Assembly: GCA_903906425.1 (NCBI GenBank)
Contig: CAIVKH010000193.1
Location: forward strand, 2,903 to 66,902
DNA from: an uncultured bacterium
Lineage (GTDB): Bacteria > Verrucomicrobiota > Kiritimatiellia > CAIVKH01
Direction of reading: 5' to 3'
DNA: 64,000 nt
Under the pieces are notes generated by a model. It was not told where the DNA came from, ran no database searches, and was given only the letters and a program-made list of their open reading frames with translations. Shown in pieces: positions 36,724 to 46,487 of the stretch; position 1 is the first letter of the stretch; every line of letters begins with the position of its first letter. The translations under genes were made by a program, and so were the position numbers.

Positions 36724-39651
36724 ATGACGATGAAGATTTGTCGTTTGAAGAAATTGGCATGGCTGCTGGGGCTGGTTCCATTTGTCTGCGGCGGCGAACC
36801 GCTGGTCGGCAATACGTTTCACACGGATGGGCGCGACACGCCTGCGTTTTATGTTCCGCCTCAGGCCGGCGCTTCCGGGGCCATGGACCAGCTGACGGCG
36901 GAGAACTATCTGCGGGATCAGCACGACCTGTTCAAGCTGCCCGCCGATCTTTCGAATCTGCGGCTCATTTCCGCCCAGCGCAGCCTGCTTGGAATGCACT
37001 ACCGCTATCAGCAAGTGCTCAACGGCCTGAAGGTGGACGGCGGCGAGATCGTCGTGTCGCTGCGCGAGGACGGCAGTGTTTTCCAAGTCTTCAACTCCAC
37101 ATATCCGGTGGCCGCCATACCGGCGATGCCGGGAAATCTCCTGTCACGCGACAATGTGCTGGATATCGCATGGAACCATCTTCGCGTTCACGGAAGACTG
37201 ATCATGCTTCCCAGCGTCGAGCTCATCTATGTGCCGCAGAAAACTGATTTCCGCCTCGTGTACCGGACGCTCATTTCCACGGAGGCTCCTTTCGGTCACT
37301 GGGAACACAGAATCGATGCAGTTTCAGGTGAGATCATCTCCGTGCGCAGCGCGGCGATTTCGAGGAAGCCCGTTTTGATTCCCGATTTCTCGGCCTACAA
37401 GGGGGCTGTCTGGTCTCGCGCGAATACGACCGCGGCATGGACGGCGGCGGCGCTGGCGAAAGCCGCCCAACCGGCATTGCTGGGCACGACGGTCAACGGC
37501 ACGGGCCGCGTTTTCGATCCGGATCCGCGCTCTGTTCTGATGAACGATGCGCTGCTGGACTCCAGCCCGTCGTCATCCTTCACGACGGCCTATTTCACGC
37601 GGACGCTGCCGGGCATCACGTCGAACGCCGGCTTCTATTCACTCACAGGCCCCTGGGTGACCATCGCGGAGATTGAATCTCCCACCAGCGCGCCAAGCAC
37701 GACGGTCAGCGGCAACTGGACCGCGACGCGCGGCACCAACGCCTTTGATGACGCCATGTGCTATTTCCACATTGACCAGAGCCAGCGCTATCTCCAGTCC
37801 CTCGGCTTCACCAACGTCCAGCACGGCTCGATCAATGTGGATTCCGATGGCGTGGCCGGCGACGACAACTCCCACTTCATGTCATCTGGCAACTATCTCG
37901 CCTTTGGACATGGCGGCGTGGATGACGATGAGGACGCGGATGTCATTCTCCACGAATACGGCCATGCCATCACGTTCAGCATCGTGCCGACATGGGGATC
38001 AGGCGGCGACACCGGCGCCATCGGCGAAGGCTTCGGCGACTACTGGGGCGGGTCCTACAGCTACGTTTCGCCCAACGGTTCGACCTATCATCCGGAATGG
38101 GCTTTCACCTGGGACGGTCACAGCGCCGACACGTGGTCTGGCCGGTTCATGAACCTGACGAATCTCACCTACGACTCCTCGCACACCTACGCTGCCCACG
38201 AAACGATCAGCAGCATCGCCAACTACTCCGACCAGCTCTGGAGCGCGCCCATCTTCCAGGCATTCGTCACCCTCATGCAGATGGGCTATGCGCGCACCAA
38301 CATGGACCGGATCATGATCCAGTCCTTTTATGGTATCGGCGGAAGCCCGAAGATGCGTGACCTGGCCTATGCCATCGTCAACACCGCATCCAACCTCTAT
38401 CCATCGGGGCAGTATGCCTCTGTCTTCTACCAGAAGTTCGTCAACCAATCCATCATACCGCTGCCCACCATGCAGGCGCCGCTTTCGCTGTATCCCGGCG
38501 GTGGAGAAATTTTCCTGACCGGCGACACCGTGCGCGTGATCTGGAACCGCAACAGCGCGCCCTCGCTGGCCGCGGAACGATTGACGTTCGCACCCAGCAC
38601 AAATGTCACTTCCATCTTTCAGGATTCGGTCGAGAGCGGCACCAACGGCTGGACCCGCTCGCACTACGGCCTCGTTTCAGACTGGAACCAGGTGGGCAGC
38701 GCGTATAGGAGCGCAACCCACAGTTGGTATGCCGCCGACGACACCTTCACAAACGATCAATTCCTCGTCAGCCCTCAGATCGCCGTTGTCGCCGGCAGCA
38801 GCCTTTCTTTCTGGCACAGTTATAACCTCGAAAGCGGCTTCGACGGCGGCGTCGTGGAAATCAGCACCAATGCCTCCACCTGGACCGATCTCGGCTCCAA
38901 CGCCACGCAAAACGGATATTCCATGACCATCAGTTCGAGCTATCAGAGTCCCCTCAGCGGACGCCACGCCTTTTCCGGCAGCAGCAGCGGCTTCATTCAG
39001 ACGATCATTCCGCTGACTAATTTCGCTGGCAGATCCATCTATCTCCGTTTCCGCGAAGCCGACGACAACAGCACCTCCGTCTCAGGCTGGTGGGTGGACG
39101 ACATCACCGTCAGCACGGACGTCGCCTGGAGCAACGTCACGACGACCGCCACTAACGTCACAAGTTATCTTTGGAAACTCCCGGGCTCGCCGACCACCAC
39201 CGCCGTCATCAGGATCCAGCAGTTCGGCACGGGCTATCAAGACTCGTCCTGGCTGCAAAGCAAACCCTTCACCATCTCCGCCGACACCGATGGCGACGGC
39301 ATTCCCGACGCCTGGGAAATCAAATACTTCTCCTCGCTCACCAACGCCAACGCCACCACCGACAGCGACCGCGACGGCTTCAGCGACCTCAGCGAATACC
39401 GCGCCGGCACCTTGCCCAACAACTCCACGTCCGTCTTCCAGACCGTCACCGCCTCCAACAGAACCGACGGCGGCTTCTCCATCCAGTGGCTCAGCATTTC
39501 CAATCGCGACTACAGCGTCGCGCGCGGCACCAATCTCATCGACTTCACCGTCATCGCCACTAATCTTCCGGCCACCCCGCCAGTGAACACCTACATTGAC
39601 ACCAACGCCTTCACCGGCAGCCTGCGCTTTTACCAGATCCGCGCCCCATAG
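36724..39651 (+). CDS. Secreted M36/M4-like zinc metallopeptidase with propeptide and C-terminal accessory domains
   Basis: HYRYQQ..NGL.V FTP-type propeptide, IDAVSG PepSY, HEYGH zinc motif, GEGFGD; FDGGVVEIST..GWWVDDI domain; DTDGDGIPDAWE tail. Confidence 0.85.
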   Translation: MTMKICRLKKLAWLLGLVPFVCGGEPLVGNTFHTDGRDTPAFYVPPQAGASGAMDQLTAENYLRDQHDLFKLPADLSNLRLISAQRSLLGMHYRYQQVLNGLKVDGGEIVVSLREDGSVFQVFNSTYPVAAIPAMPGNLLSRDNVLDIAWNHLRVHGRLIMLPSVELIYVPQKTDFRLVYRTLISTEAPFGHWEHRIDAVSGEIISVRSAAISRKPVLIPDFSAYKGAVWSRANTTAAWTAAALAKAAQPALLGTTVNGTGRVFDPDPRSVLMNDALLDSSPSSSFTTAYFTRTLPGITSNAGFYSLTGPWVTIAEIESPTSAPSTTVSGNWTATRGTNAFDDAMCYFHIDQSQRYLQSLGFTNVQHGSINVDSDGVAGDDNSHFMSSGNYLAFGHGGVDDDEDADVILHEYGHAITFSIVPTWGSGGDTGAIGEGFGDYWGGSYSYVSPNGSTYHPEWAFTWDGHSADTWSGRFMNLTNLTYDSSHTYAAHETISSIANYSDQLWSAPIFQAFVTLMQMGYARTNMDRIMIQSFYGIGGSPKMRDLAYAIVNTASNLYPSGQYASVFYQKFVNQSIIPLPTMQAPLSLYPGGGEIFLTGDTVRVIWNRNSAPSLAAERLTFAPSTNVTSIFQDSVESGTNGWTRSHYGLVSDWNQVGSAYRSATHSWYAADDTFTNDQFLVSPQIAVVAGSSLSFWHSYNLESGFDGGVVEISTNASTWTDLGSNATQNGYSMTISSSYQSPLSGRHAFSGSSSGFIQTIIPLTNFAGRSIYLRFREADDNSTSVSGWWVDDITVSTDVAWSNVTTTATNVTSYLWKLPGSPTTTAVIRIQQFGTGYQDSSWLQSKPFTISADTDGDGIPDAWEIKYFSSLTNANATTDSDRDGFSDLSEYRAGTLPNNSTSVFQTVTASNRTDGGFSIQWLSISNRDYSVARGTNLIDFTVIATNLPATPPVNTYIDTNAFTGSLRFYQIRAP

Positions 39652-39671
39652 CCGCCGCGCCCTTGCCCAAG

Positions 39672-39718
39672 TTCCAATGATTGGAAACCACCGGCCCGCA
39701 AGTTTCCAATCATTGGAA
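39672..39718. repeat. Palindrome doublet locus 12
   Basis: TTCCAATGATTGGAA (39672) + TTCCAATCATTGGAA (39704), period 32. Confidence 0.95.
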
Positions 39719-39841
39719 ATTTTCCCGCCGGCGCCATCGCGATGGGAAGGGCCGGTCAATATTTGCCATGCGGCGGTCAAGATCGGTCATTGCAGGCGCG
39801 GAGGCCACAGCGGCAGGATGCGCGAAGTCAGGAGATCAGCC

Positions 39842-41215
39842 ATGTTCAGAATCTTGGTCGCTTCGTTGCTCGTTGTTCCATGCGTTGCGGGCGTCACGCG
39901 CGCGGTGGATGCGCCGGTTGAGGCGGCCGGTGCTTTCAAGCCGGACTGGAATTCTCTGGCGCAGTACAAGTGTCCCGATTGGTTTCGCGACGGGAAGTTC
40001 GGAATCTTCGTTCACTGGGGACCGCAGACGATCGCGGGCGAGTCCGGTTCTGCGGACGGGAGCAAGTCGCCGTGGAAGGAACTCGCAGAAAAATTCAGCG
40101 GCGAAAAGTTCGACGCAAAACATCTCGCCGAAATGTTTCGCAAGTCGGGCGCGAAATATGTCGTGCAGGTCGCGGAACATCACGATGCGTATGCGCTGTA
40201 TGATTCGAGCCTGACACCGTGGTCGTCGGTCAAGATGAAGCCGAAGCGCGATTTCGTCGCGGAGCTTTCCGCGGAGGTTCGCAAGCAGGGTTTGATCTGG
40301 GGCGCATCATCGCACACGGAGGAGAACTGGTGGTTCTATTCCGATCCGCCGAGGCGAGCGCCGCCCGCGCCGCTGCCGGGCCGGCCCGCTCCACCGCAGC
40401 CGGACAAAGAATTCCTCGACTGGTGGTACGCGCGACTTGTCGAGATCGTGGACAAATATCATCCGCAGATTTTCTGGTTCGACTGGTGCATCGAGCAGCC
40501 GGCCTACGAGCCGTATCTGCAAAAATTCGCAGCACACTTTTACAATCGCGCCGCAGAATGGAAAAAGGACGTGGTGCTCAATTACAAATACTATGCCTTC
40601 CCGACGAATACCGCAGTGCTGGACATTTCGTGGAACACCGGCCGCATTTCGTGGCAGCCCGAACGAATCAATCCGGAGCCGTGGCAGTTCGACACGATGT
40701 CGAACCGGAAATATTGGTTCTGGCGCGCCGACATGGAAATGCGGCCCACCGCAGAAATCTTGTGCGAGATGGCCGATGTCGTCAGCAAAAACGGAAATTA
40801 TTTGCTCAACATTCCACCCGCGCCCGATGGCACGCTGACGGAGGGACAGGAAAAAATCCTCACGGAGATCGGTCAGTGGCTTGCGATCAACGGCGAGGCA
40901 ATCTACGGAACGCGCCCGTGGAAAAATTTTGGCGAAGGCCCGACCGAGGGACTTGGCCCGAAGTTCCAAGGCAATCCGCCGAAGGCGCCGTGGACAGCGC
41001 AGGATATTCGCTTCACCACGAAGGGCGACACGATCTACGCCATTGTTTTGGCGTGGCCGGAAAATGGAAAGTTGACCATCAAGTCGCTCGCCGGGACCAA
41101 ATTCAGAAGCGTCAGTCTTCTCGGCGCGAACAATCTGGTGAAAATCGCAGACGCGTCGTTTGAACTTCCCGCGCCAGCACGACGCGACGGGCCGTTTGTT
41201 TTGAAACTCCGATGA
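39842..41215 (+). CDS. GH29 alpha-L-fucosidase
   Basis: PDWFRDGKFGIFVHWG, AEHHD, WFDW, VSKNGNYLLN, NGEAIYGTRPW. Confidence 0.92.
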   Translation: MFRILVASLLVVPCVAGVTRAVDAPVEAAGAFKPDWNSLAQYKCPDWFRDGKFGIFVHWGPQTIAGESGSADGSKSPWKELAEKFSGEKFDAKHLAEMFRKSGAKYVVQVAEHHDAYALYDSSLTPWSSVKMKPKRDFVAELSAEVRKQGLIWGASSHTEENWWFYSDPPRRAPPAPLPGRPAPPQPDKEFLDWWYARLVEIVDKYHPQIFWFDWCIEQPAYEPYLQKFAAHFYNRAAEWKKDVVLNYKYYAFPTNTAVLDISWNTGRISWQPERINPEPWQFDTMSNRKYWFWRADMEMRPTAEILCEMADVVSKNGNYLLNIPPAPDGTLTEGQEKILTEIGQWLAINGEAIYGTRPWKNFGEGPTEGLGPKFQGNPPKAPWTAQDIRFTTKGDTIYAIVLAWPENGKLTIKSLAGTKFRSVSLLGANNLVKIADASFELPAPARRDGPFVLKLR

Positions 41216-43488
41216 AACCGATCACGGCTATTCTGATCGTTGGGATCATGTCATCCGGCGCGATGACTTCGCATGGCGCGGACTTTCCAGATGGCTTCAC
41301 CGCGGTCGGTGAATGGGGCGCGGGGATTCCGGGTGCTGATCCAGAGGTGCCGACGCGGCTCAACAGCAAGGACGGTTCATTCTGCATCTACAAACCTGCA
41401 ATCGAAAAGCCCGCGCCTGTGACGATCAGTATTTTTCGTGTGAGCGAGGCAGGATCGTCCGGCAGGCAGCACTATGAAGTTCATCACAGTGGCAAGGTGG
41501 ATGCAGTCGACGTGGAATTTGCCGGCTCGTCCGACTGGGTTTCGCTCGGCACTTTTCCGTTTGATGGTAGTGGTCGCGAATATGTGAGGCTCGATAAAGG
41601 GCGGACCGCGGAAGTGAAGTTCACGATTCTTTCCGCAGACGGAAAAAAGCCGGTGCGATCCATTGTGATCCCAGCTGGTCAGGTAACACGTCCGCCCCCG
41701 CCGCCGGCGAATGGCGTGGCGCGCGCAAATCAGACTGTTCTGCAAATTCCGAAACCGGTTTCGCGGCCGCTCGCCCCGGTCACCAGCCTGCAACTTCCGT
41801 CGCACATCTCCGATGGCATGGTCATCCAGCGCGGGAAGAAGATCGTGATCACCGGAAGTGCGCCGGACAAGGCCACCGTCACGGTTACGATGAACGGACA
41901 AACGGCATCGGCGAAGGCGGAAGGCGGGACGTTCCGCGTCGAACTGCCGGAGATGAAGGAGGGCGGGCCATACGAGATGACGATTCGCTGCGGCAGCGAT
42001 GAGAAGATCATCAAGAATGTCATGCTCGGTGACGTGTGGATTTGCGCCGGACAGTCGAACATGGCGTTTGCCGGCAGCGGCCTCAACGATGCCGCGAAGG
42101 TTTTGGCGGACGCCGATTATCCAAACATCCGCTACTACAAACAGGACGGCGGAGCCGAGCCCACGCCCGGTTCGCCCGCACGCTGGATGGCCTGTACGCC
42201 CAGGCTGGCTGGCAGTTTCACTGCGATCGGTTTTCTTTTTGCGCGCGAGATTCACAAGGAACTCAAGGTGCCGATCGGACTGGTGTATGCATGGCGCAAT
42301 GGCGGCGACATCCGCCTTTTCATGCGCGACGAAACGCTCGCCGCGCTGACGCCGAAAATTCCTTTCACGCCGGGAACCAAACCGCGCAGCACCTTGTTCT
42401 CGAATTTCCTCGCGCCGCTCGTCGGCTATCCGGTGTCGGGCCTGCTTTACTATCAGGGCGAAGGCAACCAGAAGGATCCGCTATTCTATCGCGATCTTCT
42501 TCCGGCGATGGTCAAAGACGTCCGCGAGTTGTGGGGTAAGGGCGACTTCCCGTTCATCTACGTTCAGCTCCCGCGCTACAAGGATTGCTTCGTCGGAACT
42601 CGCGAGGCGCAGTTCCTCGCGCAGCAACGCATCACCAATTCCGCCATGGTTGTCAGCATTGATACCGGCAATCCGAACTTGCTTCATCCCGGCGACAAAC
42701 TTCTGATCGGTGAACGCGCCGCGAAAGCAGCCCTCGGCCTCGTTTACAAGAAGCCCGGCGAATACACGGGGCCGATGTTTGCCGAAGCCGCCACCCGCGA
42801 CAACAGCATCATCGCCCGCTTCACGCACGCCGGCAGTGGCCTCGAAGCGCGCGGCGATCTCGACGGGTTCATCCTCTGCGGTGAATCCGGCGAATTCGCT
42901 CCGGCCAAGGCCGAGATCGCCGGCCCCGACTCGGTTCGGATTTGGCGTGATGACGTCGCGCGTCCGGTCGCGGTCCGTTTCCTCTGGAGCGGAGCGCCTC
43001 GCGCCTGCCTTTACAATCGCGAAGGATTTCCGGCGAGCCCCTTCCAGACCGATACCACAAACGTCAACCGAATCTTCGACAACCGCGATCCGAATTTTAC
43101 GACGCGCGGCGATTGGAAAGCCGAAACACGCAAGGGAAACTTCGCGACCGATTGTCTCGTAGCCGCCGACACGCGCGATACCGACGGCGAATGCGACTGG
43201 CATCCGTGGGCCAAGTGGACCTTCGAAGTCCATCGTGCCGGCCGCTACGGAATCTATCTCCGCTGGCCCGCCGGCCTCGCTTCAACCGCGGCCATCAGTG
43301 TCGAATCGAACTGCGGCGGCTACGGTTATCCGCCTGTTGCGATTTCTCAGGCCGACGGCGGCGGCGACTGGCACAAAATCGGCAGCTATCGCATGAACTA
43401 CGGCAACACCGACAACATCAAGCTTGTCGCCACCGGCATCGGCGCCTCCGCGGACGCCGTCAAAATTGAATTTGAAATGGAGGACTGA
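41212..43488 (+). CDS. Sialate O-acetylesterase-like (SASA) protein flanked by CBM-like domains
   Basis: GDVWICAGQSNM, YQGEGN, LHPGDK, LYNREGFPASPF; CBM-like WVSLGTF and WHKIG..ADAVK ends. Confidence 0.85.
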   Translation: MKPITAILIVGIMSSGAMTSHGADFPDGFTAVGEWGAGIPGADPEVPTRLNSKDGSFCIYKPAIEKPAPVTISIFRVSEAGSSGRQHYEVHHSGKVDAVDVEFAGSSDWVSLGTFPFDGSGREYVRLDKGRTAEVKFTILSADGKKPVRSIVIPAGQVTRPPPPPANGVARANQTVLQIPKPVSRPLAPVTSLQLPSHISDGMVIQRGKKIVITGSAPDKATVTVTMNGQTASAKAEGGTFRVELPEMKEGGPYEMTIRCGSDEKIIKNVMLGDVWICAGQSNMAFAGSGLNDAAKVLADADYPNIRYYKQDGGAEPTPGSPARWMACTPRLAGSFTAIGFLFAREIHKELKVPIGLVYAWRNGGDIRLFMRDETLAALTPKIPFTPGTKPRSTLFSNFLAPLVGYPVSGLLYYQGEGNQKDPLFYRDLLPAMVKDVRELWGKGDFPFIYVQLPRYKDCFVGTREAQFLAQQRITNSAMVVSIDTGNPNLLHPGDKLLIGERAAKAALGLVYKKPGEYTGPMFAEAATRDNSIIARFTHAGSGLEARGDLDGFILCGESGEFAPAKAEIAGPDSVRIWRDDVARPVAVRFLWSGAPRACLYNREGFPASPFQTDTTNVNRIFDNRDPNFTTRGDWKAETRKGNFATDCLVAADTRDTDGECDWHPWAKWTFEVHRAGRYGIYLRWPAGLASTAAISVESNCGGYGYPPVAISQADGGGDWHKIGSYRMNYGNTDNIKLVATGIGASADAVKIEFEMED

Positions 43489-43526
43489 CCGCATCGCACG
43501 CCGCATAAATTTGGGCACACAAAAAT

Positions 43527-43573
43527 TTCCAATGATTGGAAGTTTGCGGGTCGGAAGTTTCCAATGATTGGAA
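43527..43573. repeat. Palindrome doublet locus 13
   Basis: TTCCAATGATTGGAA at 43527 and 43559, period 32. Confidence 0.95.
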
Positions 43574-43660
43574 GATGCGATTCGAGGCGGCATCGGCGCG
43601 CCATCCACCTCGCATGAGGGCGGCTGAGGGGGCGGCGGGCAACGGGGAGAGGAATACGGC

Positions 43661-43689
43661 TTGACCGGATTTTTTGCGGCCCCTACTTT
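43661..43689 (+). promoter_or_regulatory. Putative sigma70 promoter of bamD-lptE
   Basis: TTGACC-N17-TACTTT ending 6 nt before the ATG at 43696. Confidence 0.55.
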
Positions 43690-43695
43690 GCGCGG

Positions 43696-44769
43696 ATGTT
43701 CTTCATGAAGCATAGAATGGTTTTGGCCTTGATTGGCGCGGGTTTTCTCGCGCTGGCCGGCGTGGCGCAGGGGCAGATGTATCCGTCGGCGCCGGGGCGC
43801 GACGTGGATTCTTTTTCGCCGTCGAAGAAGACCAGGCCGTCGGAAGCGACGGGCGTGGAGAAAAACGGGGTCTATGATGAGACGGAGGTGAAGCATTCGT
43901 GGTTCAGCTTCACGAAGCCGTCGGAGAAGACGCCGGAGGCGCAGTTCGAGCGGGCGGAAAAATTGCGGCAGGCCGGTTTGTTCAAGTCGGCGGGGAAGGC
44001 ATATTTTGCGCTGGTGATCACGTGGCCGCGCTCGGCGCAGGCGGCGATCTCGCAGCAGCGGTATGCGGAGATGCTGGCGGTGCGCGGGCTGAATGAGGAT
44101 GCGTTCGACGAGTACGACAAGCTGATTGACAAATATGTGGGCAGCTTCGACTACACATCCATCATCGAAGAGCAGTTCAAGCTGGCGCAAAAGGTGATGA
44201 ACAGGCGGAAGGGAAAGTTCCTGCTCTTCGGCGGCTGGAAGGCGCCGGAGCGCGCGATCCCGATGTTCGAGTCGATCCTGAAGCACGCGCCGCGGTGGGA
44301 CGGCGCGGCGGAGGCGCAGTACATGATCGGCGTGGCCAACGAGATGATTGATGAGATGGATCTGGCGATTGTCGCGTACATGAACACGCAGCACCGCTAT
44401 CCGGAAAGTCCGTTCGCGGAGAAGTCAGGTTTCGGAAGGGCGCATTGTCTGTATGTGATGAGCGAGGAAAGCCCGAACGATGAGGAGACGATGGAGCAGG
44501 CCTACGCCGCGGTCGTCGCGTTCCTCAACACATATCCGAAGTCGGACCACGTGGAGGTGGCGACGGCCTATCGCGACACGCTGCTGCGCAAGCGCGCGGA
44601 AATCGCGTACAACCGGGCGGTATTTTACGACAAGGTTGCCAAGCAGCCGAAAGCGGCGTTGATGACCTACGAAAATTTTGTGAGGATGTTCCCGAATTCC
44701 GAATGGACAGAGACCGCCAGGGGACGGATCGAACAACTGCGTCCGCTGGCCGAGAAAGCGAAGAAATGA
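43696..44769 (+). CDS. bamD: BamD/YfiO-like TPR outer-membrane assembly protein
   Basis: Signal peptide, TPR repeats, YPESPFA, FLNTYPKS, A.FY..KAA..Y..V..FPNS. Confidence 0.75.
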   Translation: MFFMKHRMVLALIGAGFLALAGVAQGQMYPSAPGRDVDSFSPSKKTRPSEATGVEKNGVYDETEVKHSWFSFTKPSEKTPEAQFERAEKLRQAGLFKSAGKAYFALVITWPRSAQAAISQQRYAEMLAVRGLNEDAFDEYDKLIDKYVGSFDYTSIIEEQFKLAQKVMNRRKGKFLLFGGWKAPERAIPMFESILKHAPRWDGAAEAQYMIGVANEMIDEMDLAIVAYMNTQHRYPESPFAEKSGFGRAHCLYVMSEESPNDEETMEQAYAAVVAFLNTYPKSDHVEVATAYRDTLLRKRAEIAYNRAVFYDKVAKQPKAALMTYENFVRMFPNSEWTETARGRIEQLRPLAEKAKK

Positions 44770-45362
44770 TGAAGACCAAAATTCTTGGACTCGCCGCCGC
44801 CCTCGCCGCGCTGCTGCTCAACAGCTGCGCCGGCTACAAGCTCGGTTCGATGCTGCCCCCGGACATCCAGACGGTGTACGTGCCGACCTTCATCAACAAA
44901 ACCAAGGAACCGCTGATCGAAATTGACACGACGCAAAAGGCCATCCAGGAAATCCAGCGCGACGGTTCGCTCAAGGTCGCCTCCAAGGAATCCGCCGACG
45001 CGATTCTCCAGGTCACGCTCACCGACTACTCGCTCACGCCCGTGCGCTACGACACGCAGCACACCACGCAGACCAAGGAATACCGCCTCTGGCTCACCGC
45101 CAACCTCGTGCTCAAGCGCGCCAAAGACGACAAGGTCATCGTGGACCGCCCGATGGTCCGCGGCCAGGCCGTGTTCGAAGTCCTCGGCGATCTCACCTCG
45201 TCGAAACTCATCGCGCTGCCACTCGCCGCGCAGGACCTCGCCCGCAACGTCATCGCCACCTGCGTCGAGGAATGGCCGTCCAAGGAACCCGCGCCGGCGA
45301 CGCCCGCATCGCCCGTAACGCCAGGCCACGTTTCACCCGCGCCGGTGCGGACCAGTCCGTAA
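44766..45362 (+). CDS. lptE: LPS assembly lipoprotein LptE family
   Basis: Lipobox LNSC followed by GYKLG, IQTVYVPTFINKT.EP, ADAIL. Confidence 0.8.
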   Translation: MMKTKILGLAAALAALLLNSCAGYKLGSMLPPDIQTVYVPTFINKTKEPLIEIDTTQKAIQEIQRDGSLKVASKESADAILQVTLTDYSLTPVRYDTQHTTQTKEYRLWLTANLVLKRAKDDKVIVDRPMVRGQAVFEVLGDLTSSKLIALPLAAQDLARNVIATCVEEWPSKEPAPATPASPVTPGHVSPAPVRTSP

Positions 45363-45363
45363 T

Positions 45364-45410
45364 TTCCAATCATTGGAAACCAGCGCGCCGCAGACTTCCA
45401 ATGATTGGAA
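45364..45410. repeat. Palindrome doublet locus 14
   Basis: TTCCAATCATTGGAA (45364) + TTCCAATGATTGGAA (45396), period 32. Confidence 0.95.
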
Positions 45411-45476
45411 AAAAGCGGCGCGCGGTCGAAAACCGGCCCGGCGTCGCGTAGGTTTGCGAGCGTGATGCCGATTGAA

Positions 45477-46466
45477 ATGAAGAAAAAAAACAAAAACGAA
45501 TTTGCCGCGCGGTTCGACGAAGCGATCGCCGAACTTTCCGCGCTTTATGTCGAAGACACAGACGACCGGCCCGACGGAATTCTCGGCGGCTATCCGCGGC
45601 CCGCGCGGGTCATTCGTGCGCTGCAAATTTTTCTCGACGTCCTCTTCCCCGGAAAATTTTCCGATGCGCAGGTCACCCGCCAGAATCTGCCGGCCTTCCT
45701 GCGCCGACGCATCGCCGAAGGATCAGAAATTTTGCAGCCGGAAATTGAGCGAGCGCTGCCGCTGCGCTGGCACGGCCAGGCCGCGCGCACCGAGGGCGCC
45801 CGCGAGGAAACCGATATCGGCGCGGAGGCCCGCCGCGTCATGCAGGAATTCATCGCGGCGCTGCCGAAAGTCCGCTGGTTGCTTGTCGAAGATATTCGCG
45901 CCGCCTACGCCGGCGATCCCGCCGCGTTGACCTACGCGGAAGTGCAACTCGCCTATCCCGGCCTGCTGGCCATCGCCTCGCACCGGCTCGCGCATGAGCT
46001 CTACAAACTCAGCGTGCCGCTCGTGCCGCGCGTCATGAGCGAGTGGACGCATGCGCAAACCGGCGCCGACATTCACCCCGGCGCGCAGATCGGTCATGGA
46101 TTTTTTATTGATCACGCCACCGGCGCGGTCATCGGCGAGACGACGATCATCGGCAACAACGTCAAACTTTATCAGGGCGTCACGCTGGGCGCGCGCAGTT
46201 TCCCGCTCGATGCGCAGGGCAATCCGATCAAGCACATCAAGCGCCACCCGACCGTCGAGGACAACGTCGTCATTTACGCCAACGCCACGATCCTCGGCGG
46301 CGACACCGTCATCGGCCGTGGCTCGACCGTCGGCGGCAACGTCTTCATCATGGAAAGCGTCCCCGCGGACAGCGTCGTGACGATGATCCACCCCGAGCAC
46401 CACATCAAGAATCCGAAAGCCAGGGGCGGGAAGCACGGCTATCACAGCGACGGCGAAGGCATCTGA
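45477..46466 (+). CDS. cysE: Serine O-acetyltransferase
   Basis: GDPAA, YPG, HRLAHELY, DIHPGAQIG, FFIDH.TG, YQGVTLG, KRHPT. Confidence 0.92.
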   Translation: MKKKNKNEFAARFDEAIAELSALYVEDTDDRPDGILGGYPRPARVIRALQIFLDVLFPGKFSDAQVTRQNLPAFLRRRIAEGSEILQPEIERALPLRWHGQAARTEGAREETDIGAEARRVMQEFIAALPKVRWLLVEDIRAAYAGDPAALTYAEVQLAYPGLLAIASHRLAHELYKLSVPLVPRVMSEWTHAQTGADIHPGAQIGHGFFIDHATGAVIGETTIIGNNVKLYQGVTLGARSFPLDAQGNPIKHIKRHPTVEDNVVIYANATILGGDTVIGRGSTVGGNVFIMESVPADSVVTMIHPEHHIKNPKARGGKHGYHSDGEGI

Positions 46467-46487
46467 CACCGCGCCGGGCGCGACAAA

